The position numbers and the translations under genes were made by a program. 64,000 nucleotides of DNA, taken from assembly GCA_963682005.1 (NCBI GenBank), contig OY820914.1, forward strand, positions 4,878,005 to 4,942,004, written 5' to 3'. Under the pieces are notes generated by a model, which worked only from the letters and a program-made list of their open reading frames with translations, was not told the origin of the DNA and searched no databases. This document shows, in pieces, positions 8,694 to 17,851 of this stretch. Numbering within the stretch: the first letter of the stretch is position 1; every line of letters starts with the position of its first letter. Origin of the DNA: Bacteroidales bacterium. GTDB lineage: Bacteria; Bacteroidota; Bacteroidia; Bacteroidales; FEN-979.

Positions 8694-11582
8694 TTATTGT
8701 TGTCCAACTATGATCTTTCTGACAACCTGTTTATTCCCATTAATAAATACAACTGTATAAAGTCCGGTCGGAGCAGGCCTGATATCGAGCTTCTGTACTG
8801 TTTGGTCATTCACAAGTATATTATTCTTTTCCAACATTTTAATACCGATGTAGTTGTACACCATTATTGTATATGTCTCCTGGATAGGTGAAGTAATGGC
8901 TACCGTGAACTGTCCGTTATTTGGAACAGGATAAACCTCAAACTTCAGATCAGCTATCGGTTGTTCAGTAACGTCGCTTTCAGTTACAGCGCCTGATTTC
9001 ACCGGAAGCACATTGATATTTTTGATCATTGGTGTTGCAGCGGTGCATCCAAAACTGTTTGTATAATCCAGGCTGACCATTTGGAGACCTGGCGTATCCC
9101 AGGTAACATGAATAATGTTGGTTCCCTGTCCGCTGGTGATCAAACCACCCGATGAAACCTCCCAGGTGTAGTTGAATTGGCCTGAAAGTGTGCTGTACGT
9201 TGTACTGCCCACATAGGTAACTGCATTTCCGGTTATGTAAATGGCGGGCAATTGTATAACCCTGATGATCTTTACGGTCGGGATAACAGGTCCGCAACCG
9301 ATCGGGGCCGTGTAGGTTACTTTAATTGATCTCAGGCTTACACCCGAATTATTCCATACCACATTGATCGAGTTTGTGCTTTGCCCGCTTATAATGCTAC
9401 CCCCTGACCCTGTCACTGTCCAGACATAGTTTAACATGTTCGCATCCGTAGTATATGTGTTCTCTGAGTTAAGACACACCGAGGAAGGGCCATTCAATAA
9501 TGGCATTGGCAATGGATTTACGGTAACCACATAGACGGTCGTTGTTGCATTGGCATAGGTAATTCCTACCCACCGGGCACCCGCGGCATTCCAGGTAACC
9601 AGAATGCTGTTTGTAGCAGCTCCTGAAGTGATTGTACCACCTGGAGATATGGTCCAGATATAACCGGTCATACCTGCCTCGGTGGTGTAACCAACACCTG
9701 TTGCCCCCTGGCAAATTGAATTGAGTCCGGTAATGGTTGGCACCAATGGCGGTGCGACTGTAACATTGTAAACAGCAGGTGTAACTGCCGTACAGTTGTT
9801 TAAGTTGAAATAATTGACGGTAACTGTTTCAACTCCGGCTATGGTCCAGCTTACGGTAATGGCATTTGTTAAATCACCGGCCGTAATGGTACCGCCGGCC
9901 GATACAGTCCAGGTATAGCCTGTCATACCGGGTTCCGTGGTATATATATTTCCGACAGAATTCACACCTACGGTTGCCGGACCCATAATTGTTGGCACTG
10001 GCAATGAATTAACGGTAACAGGATATACAACAGGGGCTGCATTGTCATATGTAACTCCAACGGACTGAATACCCGGGACGCTCCAGGTAACCAGAATTGT
10101 GTTTGTGCCGGTACCTGAAGTGATGGTCCCTCCTGAAGAAATGCTCCAGATATAACCAGTCATTTCAGCCTCGGTGGTGTAAACGATACCTGTTGAACCC
10201 TGGCATACTGAGTTAAGCCCGGTAATGGTCGGTACCAGTGAAGGAGTGTTGCACCCGGGAGGCATAGTTGCGGTTATTGCAGTGGTTCCTAATGCACCTG
10301 TCGTTGAAAACGCCCTGCCATTAAGTGTAACTCCTGTAGCCAAAAGGACCGCTCCATTATTGCAAACAATTGTTCCGTTGAAAATTGAATAGTCATTAAT
10401 GCTTACTGCACCATCAATCTTCCAGTACACATTTTTTGCCTGCGTTCCGTTAATTAAAACAACTTTTGCATAGGTGCTTGTTGTGAGAGCACCGTTTATC
10501 TGTATGACAAATACTGCATCCGGATAACCTCCTGCATTGAGGTAAAGCGTATCGGTGAGTGATGTAGCCGCGTTCAGTAGGTATGTGTGTGGAGTAAGTA
10601 CAAGGCTGTTCCCAAACTGTGCAGGATATAGCAGTTCTATATCAAAAGGCAGTGTGTTCAGATATGTATAAACAATACCCAGATCAGCTGCACACTGTGC
10701 GGTAGACACATCCGGAATGGGATGAATCATACCTGTAACAAACAACGGATTGAAACCGGTAGTTAAACCAACATTTGTTCCGACATCACCCGTGACGTAT
10801 GTAATACCAGCGTTTGAGACTGGCCCGTCAGAAGAAAAGATCGCGTAACATTCAGTGGTTCCAAGTGCCGGAGCCGCCGGACCTGTAAGAACGGGGCTTC
10901 CGCAACCGATGGGTGTGTAGGCCAGTACGCCCTGAACATTAACAGCCCCGGTTGTTGACAGAGCCCTTCCTTCAAGTGTATCACCTGTGTTCAAGTTAAT
11001 TGCCGCATTGTTAGCAATTACAGTGCCCCTCATTGTTGTTCCCGCAGCCATATCTACAAGGCCTTCCACTTTCCAGAAAACATTACATGCCAAAGCTCCA
11101 TTCAGCAGATGAACTTTTGACGAAGCGTTTGTTGAAAATGGTCCTTGAATCTGAAAAATAAATACCGCATTGGCATCTCCCTGTGCATTTAATGATAGAT
11201 CCAGGTTCAATGTTGCTGCACCGGATATGGAATATACGCCTGCATTCAGGATCTGTCCGTTTCCAAGCAACGGGGCCGGAAAGAAGGTTGGAACAGTACT
11301 GTTCAGCTGATTGTACGCTATCAGCAAATCTGCTGCGCATTGAGCACTTGCACCATCACTCGTATGCATAACACCGTTCACATTTCCGAAGCCGGTGATG
11401 GCACCGCTGTTCGTGCCTACATTTCCTGTAATTTGCGAAATACCCGTATTCCCCACAGCCCCGATGGAAGAAAAAAGTACAAAATCAGAGGCAGTTCCCA
11501 AAGGAGGTGCCTGTGCAAAATTCAGAATTGGAATTGAGAGCAGGATACCAACCCTTAATGCATTGAGTAGTTTTGTTTTCAT
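8694..11582 (-). CDS. T9SS-secreted surface protein with two tandem DUF3494 (ice-binding-like) domains, about five PKD/Ig-like modules and a T9SS C-terminal sorting domain
   Basis: 962-aa ORF with a signal peptide. It carries APPLGTASDFVLFSSIGAVGNTGISQITGNVGT and a second copy APALGTTECYAIFSSDGPVSNAGITYVTGDVGT. It has repeated ...YTTE.GMTGY.W.(I/V)S.GGTIT.G... modules. The C-terminus is VYPVPNNGQFTV...GLYTVVFINGNKQVVRKIIV. Confidence 0.88.
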   Translation of the reverse strand: MKTKLLNALRVGILLSIPILNFAQAPPLGTASDFVLFSSIGAVGNTGISQITGNVGTNSGAITGFGNVNGVMHTSDGASAQCAADLLIAYNQLNSTVPTFFPAPLLGNGQILNAGVYSISGAATLNLDLSLNAQGDANAVFIFQIQGPFSTNASSKVHLLNGALACNVFWKVEGLVDMAAGTTMRGTVIANNAAINLNTGDTLEGRALSTTGAVNVQGVLAYTPIGCGSPVLTGPAAPALGTTECYAIFSSDGPVSNAGITYVTGDVGTNVGLTTGFNPLFVTGMIHPIPDVSTAQCAADLGIVYTYLNTLPFDIELLYPAQFGNSLVLTPHTYLLNAATSLTDTLYLNAGGYPDAVFVIQINGALTTSTYAKVVLINGTQAKNVYWKIDGAVSINDYSIFNGTIVCNNGAVLLATGVTLNGRAFSTTGALGTTAITATMPPGCNTPSLVPTITGLNSVCQGSTGIVYTTEAEMTGYIWSISSGGTITSGTGTNTILVTWSVPGIQSVGVTYDNAAPVVYPVTVNSLPVPTIMGPATVGVNSVGNIYTTEPGMTGYTWTVSAGGTITAGDLTNAITVSWTIAGVETVTVNYFNLNNCTAVTPAVYNVTVAPPLVPTITGLNSICQGATGVGYTTEAGMTGYIWTISPGGTITSGAATNSILVTWNAAGARWVGITYANATTTVYVVTVNPLPMPLLNGPSSVCLNSENTYTTDANMLNYVWTVTGSGGSIISGQSTNSINVVWNNSGVSLRSIKVTYTAPIGCGPVIPTVKIIRVIQLPAIYITGNAVTYVGSTTYSTLSGQFNYTWEVSSGGLITSGQGTNIIHVTWDTPGLQMVSLDYTNSFGCTAATPMIKNINVLPVKSGAVTESDVTEQPIADLKFEVYPVPNNGQFTVAITSPIQETYTIMVYNYIGIKMLEKNNILVNDQTVQKLDIRPAPTGLYTVVFINGNKQVVRKIIVGQQ

Positions 11583-11620
11583 TTTTGTTTGATTTACTTT
11601 GTGAATGATTTTTCACAGTA

Positions 11621-11676
11621 CAAAGGTGATGTCAATAATTCCGAAAAGTGTTATACAACTATAGGATTATGTTATA
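11621..11676 (-). promoter_or_regulatory. TGTAAC-pair promoter module P2 (drives the 962-aa surface protein gene)
   Basis: TATAAC-ataatcctatagttg-TATAAC-acttttcggaattattgacat-CACCTTTG. Confidence 0.6.
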
Positions 11677-11730
11677 TCTTTCACAGATCAACTTTATGCA
11701 ACGAATATTCAGGCAGGAATGTTAGAATGA

Positions 11731-11786
11731 TGTAACATAATCCTATAGTTGTGTAATCATTTCATTTCGTGAGAGACTTACCTTTG
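11731..11786 (+). promoter_or_regulatory. TGTAAC-pair promoter module P3 (drives the FISUMP gene)
   Basis: TGTAAC-ataatcctatagttg-TGTAAT-catttcatttcgtgagagact-TACCTTTG. Confidence 0.65.
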
Positions 11787-11887
11787 TTGGCAAGGAAGAA
11801 TGATTGCTGATTCCCCTTAAAACAGTAAATAAAACCTTTAGAAATCCAGATTCCCTGGTTTTCCTCTCAATTTTTAACATCCCGATT

Positions 11888-13360
11888 ATGAAAAACCTGA
11901 TTACTTTAATTTTCCTTTTGGGACTATTTATCCCGGCCCTTTGGTCACAATCCCCAAATGGTATTAACTACCAGGCAATTGTCAGGAATACCAATGGAAA
12001 AGCAATCGTGAACAGATCAGTATCGTTGCGATTCTCGATCCTGCAGGATGCAGCGGCCGGCACCGTAGTTTACAAAGAAACGCATATTGCTGCGACCAAC
12101 CAGTTTGGACTGGTCAACCTGGCGATAGGAAGGGGAACAGTAGTAACCGGGATTTTTTCATCAATAGACTGGGGCGACCATCCCTATTTTCTTAAAACTG
12201 AACTGGACAGTACAGGTGGGAATAACTATATGTTTATGGGTACCAGCCAACTCCTGAGTGTGCCTTATTGCCTGTACTCAAATAATGGTGTTCCGACCGG
12301 TCAGGACCAGGGAGACATGCTTTACTGGACGGGGACAAAGTGGACGAAGGTTCCCGCAGGTGAGAACGGGCAGATCCTCACATTTGCCGATGGTATTCCC
12401 ACATGGGGACAATTGCCGGATCAGCTTCCTGAAGTCAGCACAACCCCGGTAACAAATATCACAGTCACCACGGCCACAAGCGGAGGTACCATTGCTGATG
12501 ATGGTGGGGCAGATGTAACTTCAAGAGGTGTCTGCTGGAATACATCACCCAACCCGACGACGACCAACAATAAAAGCGCCAATGGCGGTGGTTTAGGAGG
12601 GTTTACAAGCAATCTGACCGGATTGACGTCAAACACCTCCTATTATGTAAGGGCCTATGCAACCAGTGCAGCGGGAACGGGTTACGGAAATGAAGTCAAT
12701 TTTCTCACCCTGACGGCATTTGTTTGCGGACAGACTCTGATTTACGACGGGAAAGGCTATCCTACTGTTCAGATCGGTACACAGTGCTGGTTTAAGGAGA
12801 ATCTGAATATCGGAACCAGGATAAACGCTGTCCTGGCCCAGACAAATAATACCGTAATTGAAAAGTACTGTTACAACGACCTGGTGTCAAACTGTGACGT
12901 TTACGGAGGGTTGTATCAATGGGATGAAATGATGGATTATACATTATCAAGCAATGCAAACCCGAGCGGACGTCAGGGCATTTGTCCGGTTGGCTGGCAC
13001 CTGCCCTCTGATGCGGAGTGGTGTGTAGTGACAACGTTTCTCGATCCTACGGTGAATTGTTCGATAACGACATGGAGTGGCACCGATGCCGGAGGAAAAC
13101 TCAAAGAAACGGGAATCTCACATTGGGCCACCCCCAATTCCGGGGCGACAAATGCAAGCAGCTTTACTGCGGTTCCCGCCGGTTATCGAACCGGTAACGG
13201 GACATTTACCGCCATAAACAACAATAACTACATGTCATCTTCTACCGAGGTGGCCGCTACAACAGCCTATTACAGGAATTTATATTATAATTATGCGTCC
13301 GTGTCGAGAGGAAGCAATGCAAAAACCAGTGGTTATACCGTCAGGTGTCTGAAAGATTAG
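11888..13360 (+). CDS. FISUMP-domain protein (Fibrobacter succinogenes major paralogous domain), secreted
   Basis: The ATG at 11888 gives the signal peptide MKNLITLIFLLGLFIPALWSQ; the ORF track's TTG at 11804 adds a non-signal-like extension. The C-terminal half has CGQTLIYDGKGYPTVQIGTQCWFKENLN...YGGLYQW...CPVGWHLPSDAEW...GYTVRCLKD, the FISUMP signature. Confidence 0.8.
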   Translation: MKNLITLIFLLGLFIPALWSQSPNGINYQAIVRNTNGKAIVNRSVSLRFSILQDAAAGTVVYKETHIAATNQFGLVNLAIGRGTVVTGIFSSIDWGDHPYFLKTELDSTGGNNYMFMGTSQLLSVPYCLYSNNGVPTGQDQGDMLYWTGTKWTKVPAGENGQILTFADGIPTWGQLPDQLPEVSTTPVTNITVTTATSGGTIADDGGADVTSRGVCWNTSPNPTTTNNKSANGGGLGGFTSNLTGLTSNTSYYVRAYATSAAGTGYGNEVNFLTLTAFVCGQTLIYDGKGYPTVQIGTQCWFKENLNIGTRINAVLAQTNNTVIEKYCYNDLVSNCDVYGGLYQWDEMMDYTLSSNANPSGRQGICPVGWHLPSDAEWCVVTTFLDPTVNCSITTWSGTDAGGKLKETGISHWATPNSGATNASSFTAVPAGYRTGNGTFTAINNNNYMSSSTEVAATTAYYRNLYYNYASVSRGSNAKTSGYTVRCLKD

Positions 13361-13471
13361 AATGTTCTCTTGAAGGAACAGGTATTGCTTATCAGACGAT
13401 CATCTCCAATGAATAGCTGTTAACTGAGACAGATTGAATGACACACAGGGTCTGGTGAAATGTATAAATGA

Positions 13472-13527
13472 TGTAAATCTTTCCCGATATTGTGTAATGC
13501 CCTCCCCCAGTATTTGCCTCACCTTTG
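13472..13527 (+). promoter_or_regulatory. TGTAAC-pair promoter module P4 (drives the small ORF + mlaEFD + DUF3943-like genes)
   Basis: TGTAAA-tctttcccgatattg-TGTAAT-gccctcccccagtatttgcct-CACCTTTG. Confidence 0.6.
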
Positions 13528-13563
13528 TATTCTATAATTTCTTATTATAAAAGATTCAGAAAA

Positions 13564-13749
13564 ATGAGCCCATTGGAGATTAACGGAAACAGTGACATTA
13601 ATGAAAGCCGCCGTGAACAAAAATTATTGGTTCACCACGAGGATGATTCAGCAAATATCCAGGACTTTACAGAAGAAGATCCTGAAGGATTTCAAAACAG
13701 GCTGGATGTAACCAAAGAAACTAAGCATGCGATCAATCTGGCGATTTAG
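13564..13749 (+). CDS. small acidic hypothetical protein (61 aa)
   Basis: First ATG downstream of promoter module P4. The ORF-track TTG start at 13525 lies inside the -7 box. No family recognised. Confidence 0.35.
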   Translation: MSPLEINGNSDINESRREQKLLVHHEDDSANIQDFTEEDPEGFQNRLDVTKETKHAINLAI

Positions 13750-13839
13750 CGTATACTTTCATTGACATTTTCATTATTTTCTCCCTTCATCCAGCCTGGG
13801 TGGTGAAAATTAATATGGAAGAAAATCAACCGTTCTCTC

Positions 13840-14685
13840 ATGAAAAAAGGAATTCCTCTCATAAAAGCGATCCCGTACATCCGGGATGCATCGAAGCATG
13901 CCATCAGGCTCACTGAGAAAACGGTTGAAAAAAAGGAAATCGCAGCCGGTTTTTTTGTTGAGGTAGCAAGCATTTTCCTGTTTATATCGTGCACCATCCG
14001 GGAGACTTTTTCACGGGAATTCGAATTCCGTGAATTTATGCGGCAGTGTTTTCAGATCGGCTATAAATCATTGCCGCTGATTTCAGTCACCGGCATTATA
14101 ATGGGGCTCGTGCTCACAATCCAGTCACGGCCGGCGCTCGTGAATTTCGGTGCGGTTTCATTGCTCCCCGGAATGGTGGCCATCTCACTTATCCGGGAAA
14201 TGGGGCCTGTAATAACTGCATTGATCTGCGCAGGGAAGATCGGCTCAGGCATGGGTGCAGAACTGGGCTCAATGAAAGTGTCGGAGCAGATTGATTCCAT
14301 GGAGGTATCTTCTACCAATCCGATCAGGTACCTGGTTGTGACAAGAGTACTCGGCGCCACCCTGATGATCCCGTTGCTGGTAATTTATGCCGATGCACTT
14401 GGCATATTGGGAAGTTGGGTGGGTGCCAACATCAAAGGAGATGTATCATTTGTCTTGTTTTTCGCGCAGGCCTTCAGTCACGTCCACTTCATGGATTTTT
14501 TCCCCGCAGTCGTGAAAACATTCTTTTTCGGCGCTGTGATCGGTTTTGTGGGATGTTATAAAGGATATACAGCCGGACGCGGTACCGAGAGTGTGGGTAT
14601 TGCAGCAAATTCAGCTGTGGTGCTCTCTTCCCTGCTTGTTATCATTGTGGACCTGATCGCCGTGCAGATAACGGATATGCTATAA
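13840..14685 (+). CDS. mlaE: MlaE-family ABC transporter permease
   Basis: Polytopic membrane protein (IGYKSLPLISVTGIIMGLVLTIQS...ALICAGKIGSGMGAELGSMKVSEQIDSME) directly upstream of an ABC ATPase and an MCE protein. Confidence 0.8.
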   Translation: MKKGIPLIKAIPYIRDASKHAIRLTEKTVEKKEIAAGFFVEVASIFLFISCTIRETFSREFEFREFMRQCFQIGYKSLPLISVTGIIMGLVLTIQSRPALVNFGAVSLLPGMVAISLIREMGPVITALICAGKIGSGMGAELGSMKVSEQIDSMEVSSTNPIRYLVVTRVLGATLMIPLLVIYADALGILGSWVGANIKGDVSFVLFFAQAFSHVHFMDFFPAVVKTFFFGAVIGFVGCYKGYTAGRGTESVGIAANSAVVLSSLLVIIVDLIAVQITDML

Positions 14686-14689
14686 ACGA

Positions 14690-14724
14690 ATTATTAATTA
14701 TGAATTATGAATTATAAATTATGA
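14690..14724. repeat. heptamer array (attatga x5, two degenerate) between the mlaE stop and mlaF start
   Basis: attatta attatga attatga attataa attatga. The mlaF ATG (14721) lies inside the last unit. Confidence 0.8.
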
Positions 14725-15497
14725 ATGACCGTCAGCAATCACCGGCAATATTGTCAGAATCGGATAAGTCCGGGGAGATCATTGACATTGTTAACCTCAG
14801 GAAAGGATTCGTGAACCAGGAAGTATTGAAAAATGTTTCGTTGAAACTCTTCACCGGGGAAAACCTGGTGGTATTGGGGAAATCCGGATCGGGAAAGTCA
14901 GTTCTGATAAAATGCATTGTCCGGCTTCTGGATCCTGAAGATGGATCCATTACTGTGCTTGGTGAAGATGTAAATTCACTAAACACCACTGCATTGGGAG
15001 AATTGAGAAAAAAGGTCGGATTCCTGTTCCAGAGTGGAGCCCTCTATGATTCCATGACAGTCAGGCAGAACCTGGAATTCCCCCTGAAGAGAATAAAAAA
15101 GGATCTGTCACTAAAAGAAATGGATGAAAAAATTCTTGAAGTCCTCGAAAATGTGGGGTTACCGGATACCCTCGACAAAATGCCATCGCAGCTTTCAGGA
15201 GGAATGCGCAAACGGATCAGCCTGGCGCGGACCATTGTGGTGGACCCCAGAATCATGCTGTACGACGAGCCCACAACCGGGCTGGACCCTGTAACCTCAG
15301 ACGAAATAAGCTCACTTATCAATGATGTCAGGAAAAAGTACAAAACATCCTCCATCATCATCACCCATGATATTGAATGTGCCAGGGCTACGGCAAACAG
15401 GGTTATTATGCTGCATGAAGGGGAAGTTTACAAGGAAGGGGACCTGGATGAATTTGAAAAATCAACCGACCCGTTGATCAAATCATTCTTCAAATAA
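14721..15497 (+). CDS. mlaF: ABC transporter ATP-binding protein, MlaF-like
   Basis: Walker A GKSGSGKS, ABC signature LSGGMRKR, Walker B IMLYDEP. Confidence 0.9.
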   Translation: MNDRQQSPAILSESDKSGEIIDIVNLRKGFVNQEVLKNVSLKLFTGENLVVLGKSGSGKSVLIKCIVRLLDPEDGSITVLGEDVNSLNTTALGELRKKVGFLFQSGALYDSMTVRQNLEFPLKRIKKDLSLKEMDEKILEVLENVGLPDTLDKMPSQLSGGMRKRISLARTIVVDPRIMLYDEPTTGLDPVTSDEISSLINDVRKKYKTSSIIITHDIECARATANRVIMLHEGEVYKEGDLDEFEKSTDPLIKSFFK

Positions 15498-15531
15498 CCA
15501 TTATGAAGGGCCGGAATTAATTCAACATCAA

Positions 15532-16278
15532 ATGGAAACGCACACACAAAAATTCAAAATACGCCTGGGGCTTTTTATTGCAGGGGGAATGGCACTTTTT
15601 ATTATCGGCATTTTCATCATCGGCAAGCAGAAAAATCTTTTTAATCCTGTTTTCAAGCTAACCACCACCTTTTATAATGTCAGTGGACTGCAGGTCGGCA
15701 ATAATGTCCGGTTCTCCGGGATCAATGTCGGAACGGTTGATAACATTATGATCATCAATGATTCCACCGTACGCGTTGATATGCTTGTCAGGAAAAGTGT
15801 TCAGCAATTTATCAAAACGGATTGTGAAGCCGGCATCGGTTCCGCCGGGATCATCGGCGACCGGTTATTGGTCATCACCCAGGGTAGTAATGATGCTCCT
15901 CTGGCAAAAGACGGGCAGCATATCCCGTCGAAGGAACCGGTTGAAACGGATGCCATCATGGCCAGCCTTTATGGAACAGCATATAATGCAGAGATCATTA
16001 CCGATCAGCTTGCCGAGATCATGATCAGTGTAAACGGTGGAAAAGGTACGATCGGCCGGCTGATAAAGGATACCAGCATTGCTGAAAACTTCAGCCAGAC
16101 GATGGTGAATATTAAAAAAAGCAGCAAAGGGCTGGATGAAAACATGAAAGCTGCCAGTCACAATTTCCTGCTAAAAGGATATTTCAACAAAAAAGCAAAG
16201 GCAGCTCAAAAAACGAAGGATAGCATTGAAAAAATCAAGGTAAAAGAACAAAAAGCAATTGACAAAAAGAAAAAGTAA
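15532..16278 (+). CDS. mlaD: MlaD/MCE-domain protein
   Basis: N-terminal TM helix followed by an MCE-like segment (FNPVFKLTTTFYNVSGLQVGNNVRFSGINVGTV). It is third in the mlaE-mlaF-mlaD order. Confidence 0.75.
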   Translation: METHTQKFKIRLGLFIAGGMALFIIGIFIIGKQKNLFNPVFKLTTTFYNVSGLQVGNNVRFSGINVGTVDNIMIINDSTVRVDMLVRKSVQQFIKTDCEAGIGSAGIIGDRLLVITQGSNDAPLAKDGQHIPSKEPVETDAIMASLYGTAYNAEIITDQLAEIMISVNGGKGTIGRLIKDTSIAENFSQTMVNIKKSSKGLDENMKAASHNFLLKGYFNKKAKAAQKTKDSIEKIKVKEQKAIDKKKK

Positions 16279-17851
16279 ATATAAAGCAGTATTTATTGTA
16301 TTAGTTCTGCTTTCATTTTCCCTGTTTTTGAAGGGACAGGATGTAGCACCACAAAATCCCAAAAAGGTGGCGCCGAATGATACGATCGTACCCGGGAAAG
16401 GAACGCGGGAAATCCAGATCAAGAAGATCGACAGCGTAAAAGTTAAGAAACTTTCAGATTCAGCAGGCAACGAGCCCAGGAAAAGCGTTCTGGTCGATAC
16501 CACGAAGCAAAACAAGTACGGCGACCTGCTGGATGATGATACAGCCTATAACAAACGATACCCCTTTTGGATACCCGCGACAGAAGTCCTTGGCGCTGTT
16601 ACGCTGACCTGGGCGCTCGACCGGTATGTGTTGAATGCAGATTATGCACGGACCGGGTTCAAGTCGTGGAATGTAAACCTGACCCAGGGCTGGGAATGGG
16701 ATAATGACAGGTTCGGGGTTAATTTTATAGGCCATCCCTATTCAGGAACCCTATCGTACAATGCCGGCCGGTCAAATGGCTATAACTTTTATCAATCCTT
16801 TGGACTGGCGGTCGGAGGCAGCCTGTTGTGGGAATATTTCGGGGAAAATACCCGGCCTTCTTACAATGACATTATTTACACGCCTGTTAACGGTACATTT
16901 TTCGGAGAAATACTCTACCGCCTGAGCTCAAATGTTCTTGATGACCGGACACGGGGCGGTGAACGGGTATTCCGTGAAATAGCAGCGGCTTTGATAGATC
17001 CGATGAGAGGGTTTAACCGGCTTATCCAGGGCAAATCATTCCGGATAACCAACAAGGAAGTGTATGAGAAAGAACCTATAAATATTTCCCTTTACGGAGG
17101 AGTGCGAAAGATAGATGATGTTCCCTACAGCATTTTTGGAAAAGGAACTTACAGTGAGATGTTCAATTTTCAGTTTGATTACGGGAATCCATTTGAATTG
17201 AGGAAAAGAAAACCATTTGATTTTTTCAAGCTCCGGGTGGATCTGAATTTCGGCGTGGGAAGGAAATATCTTGATAATATTCTCGGGTACGGGATTTTGT
17301 TCGGCAGGAACAAGCAATTGGGGAAGCTTGCCCTTCTCATCGGCGGATACCAGTATTATGATTACTGGGATAATAAGAAATTTGAGCTAGGCACCATTGG
17401 GTTTGGAGGAGGAATAATCTCAAAGCTGGCATTAAGCAAGACAAGCAATGTATACACAAGCCTACACCTGGCCCTGGTTCCCTTCGGGGGGAACAGCACC
17501 AAGTTTGTGATCGATACCACACAGGTCAGGGATTATAATTTCGTCGGCGGGCTGGAGACAAAGTTTGAGACAACGGTAAATCTCGGCAAATACGCTACAG
17601 CTACACTTAGGTATTATTTCTATATGATGAGTTCCTATGTTGGTGCCGGTGGGATCAATTATATCCAGATCATCAAACCCAGGTTCACGGTTCGTATTTT
17701 TAAAAACTTCAGCATAGGGTGCGAGACCCAGTTATATTACAATGATCTCTATTTACATGGCTCCCATCCGGTGCATTCCATACAGACGGAAGAAAAGATC
17801 TTCCTCCTGCTCTTTCTGCAGGATTCACAACGGAGAGGGTATTATAATTAG
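16259..17851 (+). CDS. secreted/outer-membrane protein, DUF3943-like
   Basis: 530-aa ORF with a signal peptide (KYKAVFIVLVLLSFSLFLKGQD). The only plausible start is a TTG overlapping the mlaD end by 20 nt. The WEWDNDRFGVNFIGHPYSG motif is recalled from DUF3943, so the family name is tentative. Confidence 0.6.
   Translation: MTKRKSKYKAVFIVLVLLSFSLFLKGQDVAPQNPKKVAPNDTIVPGKGTREIQIKKIDSVKVKKLSDSAGNEPRKSVLVDTTKQNKYGDLLDDDTAYNKRYPFWIPATEVLGAVTLTWALDRYVLNADYARTGFKSWNVNLTQGWEWDNDRFGVNFIGHPYSGTLSYNAGRSNGYNFYQSFGLAVGGSLLWEYFGENTRPSYNDIIYTPVNGTFFGEILYRLSSNVLDDRTRGGERVFREIAAALIDPMRGFNRLIQGKSFRITNKEVYEKEPINISLYGGVRKIDDVPYSIFGKGTYSEMFNFQFDYGNPFELRKRKPFDFFKLRVDLNFGVGRKYLDNILGYGILFGRNKQLGKLALLIGGYQYYDYWDNKKFELGTIGFGGGIISKLALSKTSNVYTSLHLALVPFGGNSTKFVIDTTQVRDYNFVGGLETKFETTVNLGKYATATLRYYFYMMSSYVGAGGINYIQIIKPRFTVRIFKNFSIGCETQLYYNDLYLHGSHPVHSIQTEEKIFLLLFLQDSQRRGYYN

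Noticed and set aside
452-11582. Interpreting the DUF3494 proteins as functional antifreeze/ice-binding proteins
   Set aside because: The fold family is widespread in non-psychrophiles as an adhesin module, and nothing in the sequence indicates a cold habitat. I kept only the structural family call.
11650-11757. 24-nt inverted repeat pair as a MITE or transposon remnant
   Set aside because: I saw no target-site duplication and no transposase. The arms coincide exactly with the box1-N15-box2 parts of two divergent promoter modules, which explains the symmetry.
13525-13563. TTG start at 13525 for the small ORF
   Set aside because: The TTG lies within the predicted -7 box (CACCTTTG) of module P4. 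The first ATG downstream (13564) is more plausible.
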